The translations under genes and the position numbers were made by a program. Under the pieces are notes generated by a model. That model searched no databases. It was not told the origin of the DNA and saw only the letters and a program-made list of their open reading frames with translations. Positions 13,100 to 25,599 of a stretch of 64,000 nucleotides of DNA are shown here, piece after piece. Origin of the DNA: Octopus vulgaris (lineage: Eukaryota); contig OX597816.1 of the NCBI GenBank assembly GCA_951406725.2, positions 99,696,001 to 99,760,000 on the forward strand. Direction: 5' to 3'. Position 1 is the first letter of the stretch, and every line of letters starts with the position of its first letter.

Positions 13100-14149
13100 C
13101 TTCACAAACAATCCAAGAATCATGGGTTTGATGCTATTAATGGTTCATTTATATTATTGAATATCAACACCCACAGGTAAAACACAAGCAGCACTAAAAT
13201 CATTACCTTTCAAAAACACCTGAAGTTCAAAATTGATAGCTATTTAAATCTCAGTACTTGACTGGTATTTTATCTTATCATCACCAGAAGAATAAAAGGC
13301 AAAATTGATCCCAACAGAATTTGAATTTAGAATGTAAAGGATCATAACTAAATACTGCAAACATTTTGTCCAACGCTCTAATAATAAGTGAGCCTACTCA
13401 GTGGTATAATAGGCACACATGGCTTGATATCATATCTATTCACAATCATAGCTGTGTAGTTCTGAAGCTCATCTTACAACCATATGGATGTAATACATGC
13501 CAGTCTCATAATCAAAGCACAGACGTCTTCATCAAATTTTGAATAAATAAAAAATGAGGAATTTTAATTACTCCATACTATTGCTGTAATTGCTACCACA
13601 AAACATTCACACAGGCCAATATGGGAACTTTCCATAGCCATTTAATCTGGTAATTGTAACTACCAAATCTTCAAAAACTATCTACAGATTTTAAAACTAA
13701 AAGTACATAATTACAATGTTGCACATTCTAGATGTCATTTGAAGCACACAAACTCATCTTTCTTAAACACAGTTAAGCAGATGAAGGAGCTTTTTTAACA
13801 TAATTCAGTAATCTATTTTTTATAATTTAAGAATGCCTAAAATGATTATTGGCAATGAGAGCAGAATAAATTGAGAGAATACTGTACTACAAGTAACGGG
13901 GTTAGTATTATTTCTCACGTGGTTAGGAACAAACATTTAACTCACAAGTTCACTGACTTGTTGATAAGTACTCACTGAGTGATAGCTTATTACTGTAAGC
14001 AGTAGCAGCCTGCTAAATTACCAAGCACTTGATTAAGTTACAGCATCAAACCTCTTCCTGTGGATTTAGTGCTGTTTTGAAGCAGGTGGGCTATGTGTTA
14101 TGGGTTAACTTATATAAATATACAGTGGTACTACAGAAAACAATATACT

Positions 14150-14540
14150 TCTTTCTTTTATTCTTTTACTTAATTCAACCATGGGATAGCAACCATAGCT
14201 AGGACATCCAAGGCTTAGTCAATTATATTGCTCCTCATTCTTATTTCAGTCTTGTATTTATTTTATCAATCTCTATTTGGAATAGTTAAGTTACAGAATA
14301 GAAAGAGACCTACCACAACATCAGTTTTTAGATTAGTATAAATGTAAACACAGATATGGATAGCACATGCTTATATACAATTATATACAATGGGCTTCTA
14401 CACAATTTCCATATAGCAAATACCACTCATGAGATATTGATGAATACAAGGCTTATAGAAAAATGTTCAATGTAGCACACAGTAGACTTGAATCTGGAAC
14501 CACATGATAGTTAAGTGAGCTTTTTAACTACACATCTATG
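14150..14540 (-). mobile_element. Degraded SINE family A
   Basis: ctggaaccacatg head and cttttacttaattcaacc tail, reverse complement of 22632-23306. Confidence 0.7.
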
Positions 14541-14630
14541 TCTGTAACTAAATATCTTTATATCAAAGCATGGGTGGCTCAAGATATTTGATAAAGGAAA
14601 TGAAGGTTCAACAACTTCTGAATGTCTAAC

Positions 14631-14769
14631 TTGAGGAGGAATGAGATTAACTAGTTTCACTTGATTAAGACATGAGAATGAAGTCTTATGTAGCGCTTCT
14701 TCCACAAAAAGAATGTTACGGGGTTCACCAACAACAAAAAGACTATGTGTATTGTCTCTCCACCTCAGA
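14631..14769 (-). CDS. Candidate exon (phase 2-0): LRWRDNTHSLFVVGEPRNILFVEEALHKTSFSCLNQVKLVNLIPPQ
   Basis: Acceptor ttatttattag, 139-nt open frame with retained CpGs, weak donor CAA|gttaga. Confidence 0.3.
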
Positions 14770-15561
14770 CTAATAAATAATATATAATAAAATAGAAGGG
14801 AAATATTTATTGTAGAAAGCCGAAATAGAATAGCAGCAAAAGAAAGTAAGAAAAGTATTTAAAATCAACAGAAGTTTTCATTAGATGCTAATTGACACAG
14901 AACAAGTTATTACAGAAAAGGTTCTTATTTATATTGATTATGTAATGATTTGTAGTAAAGCCAGTGAGCTTTCTTGCAATAAACTTTATAGATAGTAATA
15001 TACGAAGCTAAGAAAGCTAAACAACTCAATTTCCTTCAAACAACATATCTTTTGCCAGATCAATGTCACTTTTCACCACATATTCCTCGTGTCTATCGAA
15101 TGTCATGTTATCTTCATGGAAACTTGCCATTATTAAAAGTACACAGTATGTTTCTTGTGTCTTCATGAAGAAATTGTTGTCTACTACTTAGAGTGGAAGC
15201 ATCGACTAAGAGATATTGATTCAAATATCACTTCCATTGAATATACATTGCTGAAGACTCCATTCAGTTAATATTAATGTAGTGAAGTCCATAGACCAAG
15301 AGACTAGTTTCTTAGGAGCCAACACTAAGTTTCAATTCTCAGTTGAAGCCATTGCACTTACTACTGGTAATGCTCTTAAAGAAACGAAATTTCTTCTTCT
15401 TTTAGAATACACAGCCAAATGTCTACTCAAAATTATATAAGGTTCATAAAATAATAAAAAAGACTGGGGAATGAACACAACATTACATGCCCTACACTTT
15501 TTATCCCTCATAGATGCAAATATCCATCCATCCATCTATGCACACATACATGCATATATAC

Positions 15562-15632
<71 letters not shown>

Positions 15633-15633
<1 letters not shown>

Positions 15634-15960
15634 GTACTGTCATAGTAATCATTTGCCCCTCTGATGTGAATATTTCTTTAGAAGTCAAAGAGAAAGAGGG
15701 TAACTATGGACAACTATGTCGAAACCTCCAGCTTCTATATCCAGATTATCTATTAATTCACATGTATACCAATAATAATTGGTGCACTTGGTTTAGTGAG
15801 TAAATGCCCAAATGACAATCTGGGTAAGCAAGGGTTTTCAGAAAAAGAAATCAACCAAATAACTTGCACATTACAAATACAATCTGTAAGTGGAACAATA
15901 AAAATATGCAAGCCTTTGCTCATTTAAATGTGACATTGGTTTTGTCATGTACATCCCAAG
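15633..15960 (+). mobile_element. R4/Dong-like non-LTR 3' fragment (restriction-like endonuclease domain)
   Basis: CPSDVNISLEVKEKEGNYGQLCRNLQLLYPDY, then after a frameshift IPIIIGALG...LQIQSVSGTIKICK: the RLE C-terminal pattern. Confidence 0.8.
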
Positions 15961-16275
15961 GATGAAGCTTTGTATCTTTGTTAGGAACCAGTTCCTTCCT
16001 CAGAATTAGAATTTTAATAATCAAAAATAGAAGAGGACATACATACAACATACCACAAGGATATACCCTGGCACTTACCACCATCTTTCTCTCTCTTCTT
16101 TTACTCAACCAACCTATTTATATTCTGATGCCCGTCCCTTGTGAGTATGCCCAACACTTTGCTACCATCTCTCTTCTGCTCTTTTGCACTCTTGCTGTCT
16201 CCCACTGCTCATCCCTTGGGCTAGGTAACCTTGCATCTCCTTTACAGCAGCACAGCTGTTTCTGTTCTCATTTCT

Positions 16276-16442
<167 letters not shown>

Positions 16443-16559
16443 CTGGGTAACCATGTACCTCCTCTACTGCAAGACACCTATTTCTGTCTCACTCTAACCT
16501 TTCATCCTCTGACACAAGTTTCCCTCCTCAAATGCTCCTGCCCCTCTCAAAATTCCTTC

Positions 16560-16851
16560 TCTTGCAAGTTACTTGGTTACCCTGCCAGTGCTGATGTCAT
16601 GTAAAAAGCATCCAGTCCACAGTGTAAAGTGGTTGACATTTGGAAAGGCACTCAGTAATAGAAACCTTGACAAAACTGACCTTACTTGTGTTTGTACCAC
16701 GTAAAAATCACTCAGTCCACTCTGCTGGGTGTTTGGTGTTAAGAAGGGCATCCAGTTGTAAAAACCCTGCCAAAACAGACACAGAAGTCTCCTGCCTGGC
16801 CAGCTCCTGTCAAACTGTCCAACCCTTGCCAGCATGGAAGGATGATGATGA
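16560..16851 (+). mobile_element. RTE-type 3' tail with internal duplication
   Basis: gtaaaaagcatccagtccac...gaagggcatccagttgtaaaaac...ccagcatggaa...gatgatgat. Confidence 0.75.
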
Positions 16852-17359
16852 TATATATATGAAGTCAAAGCCATAGATGATTTTGTTTTCATCCAAATGG
16901 TGTTGGAAGGATACTAATAATATGTAGGTGTTATTTTAGCCCATTTAATCCTTTGCTGCCAGCTTTTATTTCCTGTGCTGCTCCTACTGTGCCAGTTTCT
17001 TTTTAAAAAAAGGCCACAATTGCACAATGAAAATGCTTTTAATTCAATTGAATATAAAGAATGGACTAAGCAGAGCACACACGTGGATGGAAGGTGTTGC
17101 TGAAGAGGTCACAGTTGTGTGATGAAAGATTTCCAGACAATGGACATAAGTTAAAATAAGAACAGTAATAAACAACTGAAGAACAAATATATAGTGCATG
17201 TGTTTATTTGGAAAAAAAAATGACCATCCCAAAATGCAATAAATATACATTAATACAATGTAAAGCCTATTAAAATTACTATATACAAAGATAAGTTTTT
17301 AAAATAATGATATAATTAGGTATGAAATATTTTAAAACATTGATCAACTTATTATCTAA

Positions 17360-18800
17360 CCTGACACTAAACATTCATTCCTTTCTTTCCACTTATCATC
17401 CTTCAAACACATCTTGCACCTTTTAGCTAGGGCTTGTTTTGTTTTTTATAGAGATTGGAGGGGTTGATGATAGGATATGCCTCTCTGTCAGATGTAGGGG
17501 GAAACTTCCACAGTTGAACAACCACCTAAGGCATAGAGATTTTCTTCAGTCATTTTTCAAATCATTTTAAAGTGAAAATTAAGAAAGAGTGTATTGGTGC
17601 CAATCTTCTTATGTGTAACAGAAGCATTGTAGTGTGATATCAAGTATGTGGGGAAAAAAAAACTTTTCTTATACCACTTAATATTTTGTTTTCTTTATTC
17701 TTGGATATGAATGAATGATATTCACACATAAATCAACTCCACCCATATATTTATTAAAATCTACAATGCATTTAAGTTTTTCCTTGTGAACCTAGCTACT
17801 CTTACCACTTTATAAAACTTTTGTTGTGTATCCTACTTAGCATGATCGCATCCCTTTTTGATTTTAAAATAATACACTGTGATGCTATCTTTCTAAACAA
17901 CCAGCATTTCCCCATGGCATAACTTTGGGAAAGCATCACTTGGCATCCCATTTGTGTTTTACTTACAATGCTATATACATTGGTTTGCTATTCTTATATG
18001 ATTTGACCAGAGTAGGGCTACCAAAAAATCTGTTCAGGAATAATTTTGAACTTTTTCATAATAATGGTAAAATCAAAGAAAGAAAAAACTTTCTCATCTG
18101 GTCACCATCATTCACTGAATTCAGTAGTGAATCCAGTGTATAGAACAGAATTATACACTCATGCAGTTTATATATTTTGATGCTAAACGTTTCGTTTCAT
18201 TGGAATGTATTGTTGAAATCTAAGCTGGCCCTCCCACAACATCATCAATTTATCTATGTAGATCTGCTTGCTGGATATATGTATACACATTTTTTAAGTG
18301 TATTTCTAAAGTGGTTCACAACTTATACATCTTATGAAGCTTGTGCTTGTCCATATCTTGGACAATAAAGGATGACAATGATTCAATATGCATTACTTGT
18401 AGTAGGGGCTTAGTACCATTTTATCCCTATTGAAATACAAGATTTTGTGCTTTTAGTCCAAGTAACACATAAATCTTTTTCATATTTGTTGGCTTCCAAT
18501 TTTTTGAATATTTTTTGAATATTTTTTCAGATCATTAGTCTCTAGCACAGACTCTACAATATTTGTTTGAGTCATTCACAAAGTTCTGAATTTGATCTTG
18601 CATAAGGAATTTTTAGAAACATTCATATTGTGTTGCATTTGCATTTAACTCCCCATCTTCAACACCTACATTTGCTGTGAAGTCACTCACATATGAAAAG
18701 CTACAAGTCTTCTTATTCCAATCACTATTCCTAATTCCTCCCACCCCAACTATTGTTTGCGTGCAGGAAAATAGTGGTGCTTTCTTCACATGCTTGTTGA
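17360..18800 (-). mobile_element. piggyBac transposase remnant
   Basis: Minus strand IYIDKLMMLWEGQLRFQQYIPMKR / FSIKIYKL (18150-18270), NKYMGGVDL (~17730-17755) and Cys-rich KRCKMCLK (~17410); disrupted; termini not resolved. Confidence 0.85.
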
Positions 18801-19260
18801 CAGTTGATTAGTTGATTTTCATCCCTTTCTGACATATTTTCTCCTATATAACCCCAAAAAGATATTTTTATTCCTCACTGTCATCTTCATCTTCAGATTC
18901 TTTGGGAAAAATTAGCTCTAATGCTTCATTGCTTCTCAGTTTCTTATATTATGTCATATCAGTCTAAATGTACAGATGCAATTTAAAATCCAAATATATA
19001 AGATATATTTATAGCAAATGTTGCATATTGCATATGTGAATAAGCTCAATAATTCAAGCAGTCATTCTCCACACTTCACTCGATCATGAATATGTGCTAA
19101 TTTGCATTTGTTTGTTATAAAAAGATGCTGATATTTGAGAAGCAATATGGTACTATTCAAAGTGAGATATTACAGCCATAAGTGTTTCAGTAAAGGCAAG
19201 TGAGAGTGAAATACCTTGACCATAACATAAAAAAAAGTTGAACCCTTCCTCATACAGAGG

Positions 19261-19414
19261 TTAACTTCATACCAAAGAATCCAAGATTAAGTATGTATCA
19301 AGGTGAATATTACCCAATAAGTGGTATATTTTCTTTGTGAACTGATTCTGTAACTTTGTTGCAGTTACTGGTTGTGATACTTTAACTTTAACTTTCTCAT
19401 ATAAATCTGTAGAC
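19261..19414. repeat. Left copy of a 154-bp inverted duplication (partner 22553-22631 plus 23307-23382)
   Basis: Reverse-complement match with 5 substitutions by manual alignment. Confidence 0.95.
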
Positions 19415-20200
19415 TTCGATTTGTATAAGAAATTAATATTACTTTCTTCTCACGAAGCACAAAGGCAATTTTTATAGAGAATGAATACAGTTGATTGATT
19501 TGATCCCAGTATATTATTGATACATATTTTATTGATTCTGTCAGAATGTAAAGCAAAGGGAAACCTGGCAGGATATGAAGTTAGAATATCAAGTAATGAG
19601 ATCAAAATACTGTAAGGCTCTCTTCAATTTCTGATAATTCATCATACTCACAGTAAATATTTATTGATTTCTTTAGTTGAGGCTTGAGGATCCAATAATT
19701 TAAGGAGGTTGTAGCAAGGACAGTGATCTGTAGTATTCATACTACATTCAAGGGTATTAATGGCATGCTTAAAGAGAATTGTTATCAACCAGAAATTGAA
19801 ATCATATTATAGTCTTTGTCTGCCAGAATTCTTCCATTACAGTGAACATTGCCTTAAGAATTCAACTTATAACACAAGTAATAATATAACAGTTACAGTA
19901 TAACTACAGTAACAATATTCATTCCTTCATTCATTCATTTTTATATCTTCTTTTCTATACTAGCATGGGTTAGACAAATATGTTATTGAGACATTGTTCT
20001 GCAGCCAGATGCTCTCACTGACATTAACCATTACCTGTTTTGCAAGTGAAGTATCTCTTATTTCACATGGTTTTAAAGGCCCAAAGAAAGCAGACAAGTT
20101 ATTAACAGAAGGTCCAACAATCCTACTTGAAAATTGTGAAAATCTCTTCACATGAAATCATTGCTTGCCTTGTTAACTTACAAATAAACAAATTAAATGC

Positions 20201-20231
<31 letters not shown>

Positions 20232-20445
20232 TATATATATATTGTGTGTGTGTGTGTACATGCATGATTCATCATCATCATTTAACATTCACTTTTCCAT
20301 GCTTAAATAAATTAGATTGAATTTAGATGAGGCATATTTTCTATCACCAAGTACTTTTCCTGTCACCAACCATCACCAAGCAACGTAATATTAGCCCATG
20401 GTTAGACATGTTTTTCATTGAAACCTCAAAAGACTGATGGTAGAC

Positions 20446-20712
20446 AGACAATTCATCGACAGACAGTTGGCCAACAGACAATTGGATGACAGACAACTTA
20501 CAGACCGGACAATTGTTTGGTATGGTGCAGAGTCCTATTGTCAGACATAGGGTGTTCCAGCAGCCCCCCTCTTGACCCAGGGCAGCACAACCTTCTTCAG
20601 GCACTTGATGCAGGCTTCCGTGTTGAGTCTGAGGTTGTATGGGAATTGTCTACCAGCAAATTGTCTGTCAGTGAATTGTCTGATGGCAAATTGCCTGTCA
20701 ACAAATTGTCTG
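20446..20712. mobile_element. Foldback-like element: inverted 15-bp repeat arrays enclosing a maT transposase fragment
   Basis: (agacaatt-N7) units on the left, (aattgtct-N7) units on the right; centre 20515-20643 is the reverse complement of sequence homologous to 45668-45795. Confidence 0.8.
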
Positions 20713-20999
20713 CACAAAAAATTATGCTTATTTACAACCATCACGTTATATAAAGACAGGGATATATACAAACACACACATACACACACATATACAGCAG
20801 GTTTCTTTCAGTTTCTGTCAACCAAATCTACTGATTGAAAATGTAAACTATTTTTAAACCTTAGTCGCTGGAAGAGTACTAGTACTACTGACTTCTGAGA
20901 GTGGTTGATGAAAGCAAAGAGTAAATCATGTCTCATGAGTTGCTTCTGACTTCTACTTTAATCCCTGAAGCAGCCCAGTTGGAAGTAAGTATATTTGAG

Positions 21000-22150
21000 T
21001 AAGTCAACCAGGAAAAAAATGCAACTTCTTGAGGTATCATTCACCAAAGAGTTAAACACCTGTCATGTCAAGCAACAGTGCTCTGATGAAGACCCACTTC
21101 ACCTTGTAATAATCATTTCATGACAAATGCAGTAATAGGTAAGTAGTGAAATAATGCAAGAAGGGAAATAAAAATCAGTCATAGCTTGTTACTGTTGTAT
21201 TATAATAGAGCAGGTAAAGAATGCAACCTAACATATATAAAATCTAAACTGATCATCTTCAAACTTCAACTAAGAATTTTCCAAGAGCAACCTAGAAGAA
21301 TTGGCGCACATTAATATTCTTTAATACAACACTTCTCATTTTAGTTTACCTTTTTAATAATCCTGTTAATTTAATTTTTTTCTGGCTTAGTTTGGAATGG
21401 TAACATTAAGGCTTTTTTATTTCTTCGGCATGTTATAGACATGATCTGTAAAGATGCTACATTTTTAATGCCTGCCTTTCTTTGTTGGTTACTGTGATGA
21501 CTTTACATTTCCCAGCTTAAACTCAACTGACTGAGTTTTTTCCAGTCAAGATCTACTCTTGTGTAATTTGCAATGCTTTCAGTCATTCTTGAAATGTTAG
21601 AGATAATATATTCAAACTATTCATTTATGTTTAGGAAAAAGTAGAAAAGACCTAGGTAGTTTCCTACAAGTATTCAATTTTCAGTTGATAACGTACCATT
21701 GATAGCAGCTCTAACTCCTCTGTTGAACAGGAAGATCTTTATTCATTTCAGAATAATTGATGTCATTGAATACTTTTTAGAAATCTTGGAATATGCTGTC
21801 AACTCACTCTTTTTCTCTTTTTGGTTCAGTATGTACCAGTGTATTTGAGAAGGGTGTGTTAGTATCAAGGACAGTTTCCTGAGATTCTCCTAGTTCCTTT
21901 TGTATAATTTTCCTTCATTGAAAAATTGAAAAAATGCAACTCAGTTCCAGTCTATTGAAAGCAGCAGTTAACTAAACTGTCAATTCTTTAAGGAATTCAG
22001 CAGAGATGTTGGCAGTTGTTTTTAGTAGATTTTCTAAATTCCTTTTTGGATGAATATAATATCTAATACCGGAGAGGAGGAGAAATTCTCTATTGTGTTA
22101 AAATCAGATTTCTTCCATCATTTTTAACTAATACAGTCATTTAGAATATT
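21000..22150 (-). mobile_element. Possible very degraded DNA transposase (hAT-like)
   Basis: Minus-strand fragments such as LDWKKLSQLSL..GNV and KVFNDINYSE loosely resemble invertebrate hAT-type transposases; heavily disrupted. Confidence 0.3.
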
Positions 22151-22631
22151 ATGATCCCTTCATCGTTATTCTCAAGAGTGCCATGTCTGTTACACAATAC
22201 TTCATTCTTGTGTTGGGGGTAGGGGGTGGAGAAGATACGTTCAAATATTTATATGTATGTGTACTGATGAGTCAAAAGATGAAGCGTAAAATCACATATG
22301 CACAGTTTCAGTTTCTATCAACTTTATATTACTCTGCAATTCATATTTATTTTCTTTGTTTTTTATTATCATTAATTTGCTCAAATATATATCTTCATCA
22401 TTTAACACCAATGTTCCCATACTTGCATAGGTTTGGCTTGTGTGTGTGAGTGTGTGTATGTATGTACATGTGTGTACATGTATGTATATATAACTTTCCC
22501 CTTCATCATATATGCTGTTGTATTTGGTTAAAATGGCTTATTGATGAATTTTGTCTACAGATTTATATGAGAAAGTTTAAGTTAAAGTATCACAACCAGT
22601 AACTGCAACAAAGTTATAGAATCAGCTCACA

Positions 22632-23060
22632 TAGGCGCAGGAGTGGCTGTGTGGTAAGTAGCTTACTTACCAACCACATGGTTCCGGGTTCAGTATCACT
22701 GTGTGGCACCTTGGGCCAGTGTCTTCTACTATAGCCTCGGGCCGACCAAAGCCTTGTGAGTGGATTTGGTAGACAGAGACTGAAAGAAGCCTGTATATAT
22801 ATATATACAGGCTTATATATATATAAGATCCTGACATCAAGATACAGGACCAGATACACCATCAGCTTGGGTTTCAAAGGCTTACAGCTTTTCAACCTCC
22901 TTCAAAAAAAAACTTGAGAGAACTACATAGGATAGATGTTGGTGTCTTCAAAACAAAAGTGAATCTCCTGCCAAGAGTTTCATATGTACTTTGGTGGCAG
23001 GAATCACAAATGAGAGCAACAAGATCAAAAACCCTAATTCATCAAACACCACATATCAGA

Positions 23061-23102
<42 letters not shown>

Positions 23103-23306
23103 GTGTGTGTTTGTGTGTCTGTGTTTGTCCCCCCAACATCACTTGACAACCGGTGTGTTTACGTCCCCGTAACTTAACGGTTCGGCAAAAGACGCCGATA
23201 GAATAAGTACTAGGCTTACAAAGAATAAGTCCTGGGGTCGATTTGCTCGACTAAAGGTGGTGCTCCAGCATGGCCGCAGTCAAATGACTGAAACAAGTAA
23301 AAGAGT
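22632..23306 (+). mobile_element. Young tRNA-derived SINE family A, full length, with an insertion in its internal TA tract
   Basis: ggcgcaggagtggctgtgtggtaag (A box), ggttccgggttcagt (B-box-like), CpG-rich body, tail ccagcatggccgcagtcaaatgactgaaacaagtaaaagagt. Confidence 0.9.
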
Positions 23307-23804
23307 AAAGAAAATATACCACTTATTGGGCAATATTCACCTTGATACATACTTAATCTTGGATTCTTTGGCATGAAGTTAATACACCCTCAGCCACCCT
23401 CGCTAACTAAGCAGATAATACAAAACTTTTTTTCCTAGATGGGATGATTGCATTGTCTTACATCCTTTTTATCCAACCCCCACCTTCCCGGAATAATCTC
23501 AATGCTTTCTTAGAAACACATGTTGGAAATATAAATGATTTGAATAACACCTGTGTTTGACTCCATTTCTTGATTTATCCATGTTATACAAAAACATTTC
23601 ATTTAACCTTAGAATTTCTACCTTTGTAAGTAAACTCCAGGCACTTACATGAATTTTTGCTCCCCTGGTAACTATTTATTTATTTTTTCCTTATTTGCAC
23701 ACATTGAAAAAATACATACACACACACACACACACATTTATATTTATATATATATATATATACACATTTATATGTGTACACACTTATATGTATGTATATA
23801 TATA

Positions 23805-24892
23805 TCAGGTCATCCCATAAGTTCTGTCTGAATTTTGAATAAAGAAAGCAAGTGATCAAATGTTATATTTAATTGAAATTTAATCATCAATATACTTTCC
23901 CTGATTATCTATGACTTCCTTCCATCTATTTACAAGCTTTTTAATCCCATCAATGTAAAACTCATTTGGTTTCAAAGCAAAGAACTCTGAAATGTCAGTT
24001 TCAACTTCCTCCTGGCTTGCAAAAGTTATGTCCCCTAAATGATTCTGTAAACTATGAAACAAATGGTAGTCTGAAAAAGCAAGGTCGGGAGAATAAGGCA
24101 GATGAGAAATTTTTTCCCAACCAAGCTCTTCGATTTTCTGTGATGTGATCTTTGAAGTGTGGGGTCACGCATTGTCCTGATGAAACATCACTCCTTTTCG
24201 ATTCACTAAAGTGAGTCTTGTTTTCTTCAAAGCTTGATTCAAACGCTCTAATTGCTGACAGTAGACTTGAGTCTATCCAAAAAGGGTGAAATGCGTTCAC
24301 GAGAATGGAGAGAAGAGCAGATGTCAACTTGGGATTTGTGGTTACTTTCAGACAATTCATGAGGCACCCATTTTACCAAGTTTAGGAACCTTTCCAAGTT
24401 GTTGAAGATGACTATGAACAGTTGCATAGTTTGAACTAAGCTTTACTGCCAATTCTTCAACTGATAATGCAGGGTTTTCTTCAAGTACTGCCTCAAGGAG
24501 CTTATCATCAAACTCAACTGGACATCCTGTTTGATCTTCATCTTCAAGGCTGAAATCTCCACTTCCGAATTTTGCAAACCATCCTCTGCAAGTTCTTTCA
24601 ATAAGCATTCTTTCCCATAAACTGAGTATATGTTTCGAGTTGCTTTGGCTGCAGAGTTTCCTTTTTTGTACTCTTAAAGCATTATTTGCTTCAAATTCTC
24701 TTTGGATACTTCCATGTTTGAAAGGGTTTTAATCAAAGAAATTTGAATTCAATTATTCTGAAAAATAATTAATTAGTTTAAATGTATGCAAATACATAAA
24801 AATAATTTTTAATTCCATTAGACATTCTAAAATACTATTAAATTTCATTCAATTTTAAAAAAGGTAAAATTGGGCAGAACTTATGAGATGAC

Positions 24893-24896
<4 letters not shown>
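23805..24896 (-). mobile_element. Mariner transposon, internally deleted (1092 bp)
   Basis: TIRs tcaggtcatcccataagttctg / cagaacttatgagatgacctga with TA flanks; ORF pieces WFAKFGSGDFSLEDE, HSHLQQLGKVPKLG, FHSLQNHL...FYIDGIKKLVNRWKEVIDNQGKYID. Confidence 0.95.
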
Positions 24897-24941
<45 letters not shown>

Positions 24942-25599
24942 GCACGCACACACAGCCCCACCAAGCAGCACCTTAGTGCCTTGAGCTGACTAATGCCTAA
25001 TGCAAGAATTTGGTTGAGGGTAACTGTACAGAAACTTGTGGCAAGTGAATATGCATGTGTGTGTGTGTATGTGTGCTTGTCCCTCATGATTTGACAACTA
25101 ATTTTCGCTTATTTACATCCACTTAACATAATATTCTGGAAAAAAGAAAGACCAATAGAAAGATTATCAACCTTAGAAATACATACACACATATGCATGA
25201 CAACTTATGTTGGTGTGTTTACGTCCCTGTAACTTAATGGTTTGGCAAAAGAGACCAATGGAATAAGTACTAGGCTTACAAAGAATAAGTCCTGGGGTTG
25301 ATTTCTTTGACTAGAATGTGGTGCTCCAGCATGAAGTTGAATGAAATGAGGACAGGATACACTCACCCTGAAAGGATTGTAATTCTTGAATCAAAATTAG
25401 TGTATGACTTGGCATTGACATGGATAATAATGCATCTTTCTTGGTACATATTACCAAGCTGGCAATAAAATACAGATGGTTGGCTGGATGGATCCTTAGA
25501 ATTTTCTGAACAAGAGAATAGGAAACCATGATAGTCATCTAGGGGACATTTATCCCCAGCTGTTTAGACTACTACTCCCAACTATGGTCACTACACAAT

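Noticed and set aside
14900-15320. Charlie/Buster-type hAT N-terminus on the minus strand
   Set aside because: The motif resemblance needed several frameshifts, and competing open frames exist; left unassigned.
22632-22710. tRNA gene-like A/B boxes (also 10608, 44574, 57427)
   Set aside because: No complete cloverleaf; they continue into SINE bodies.
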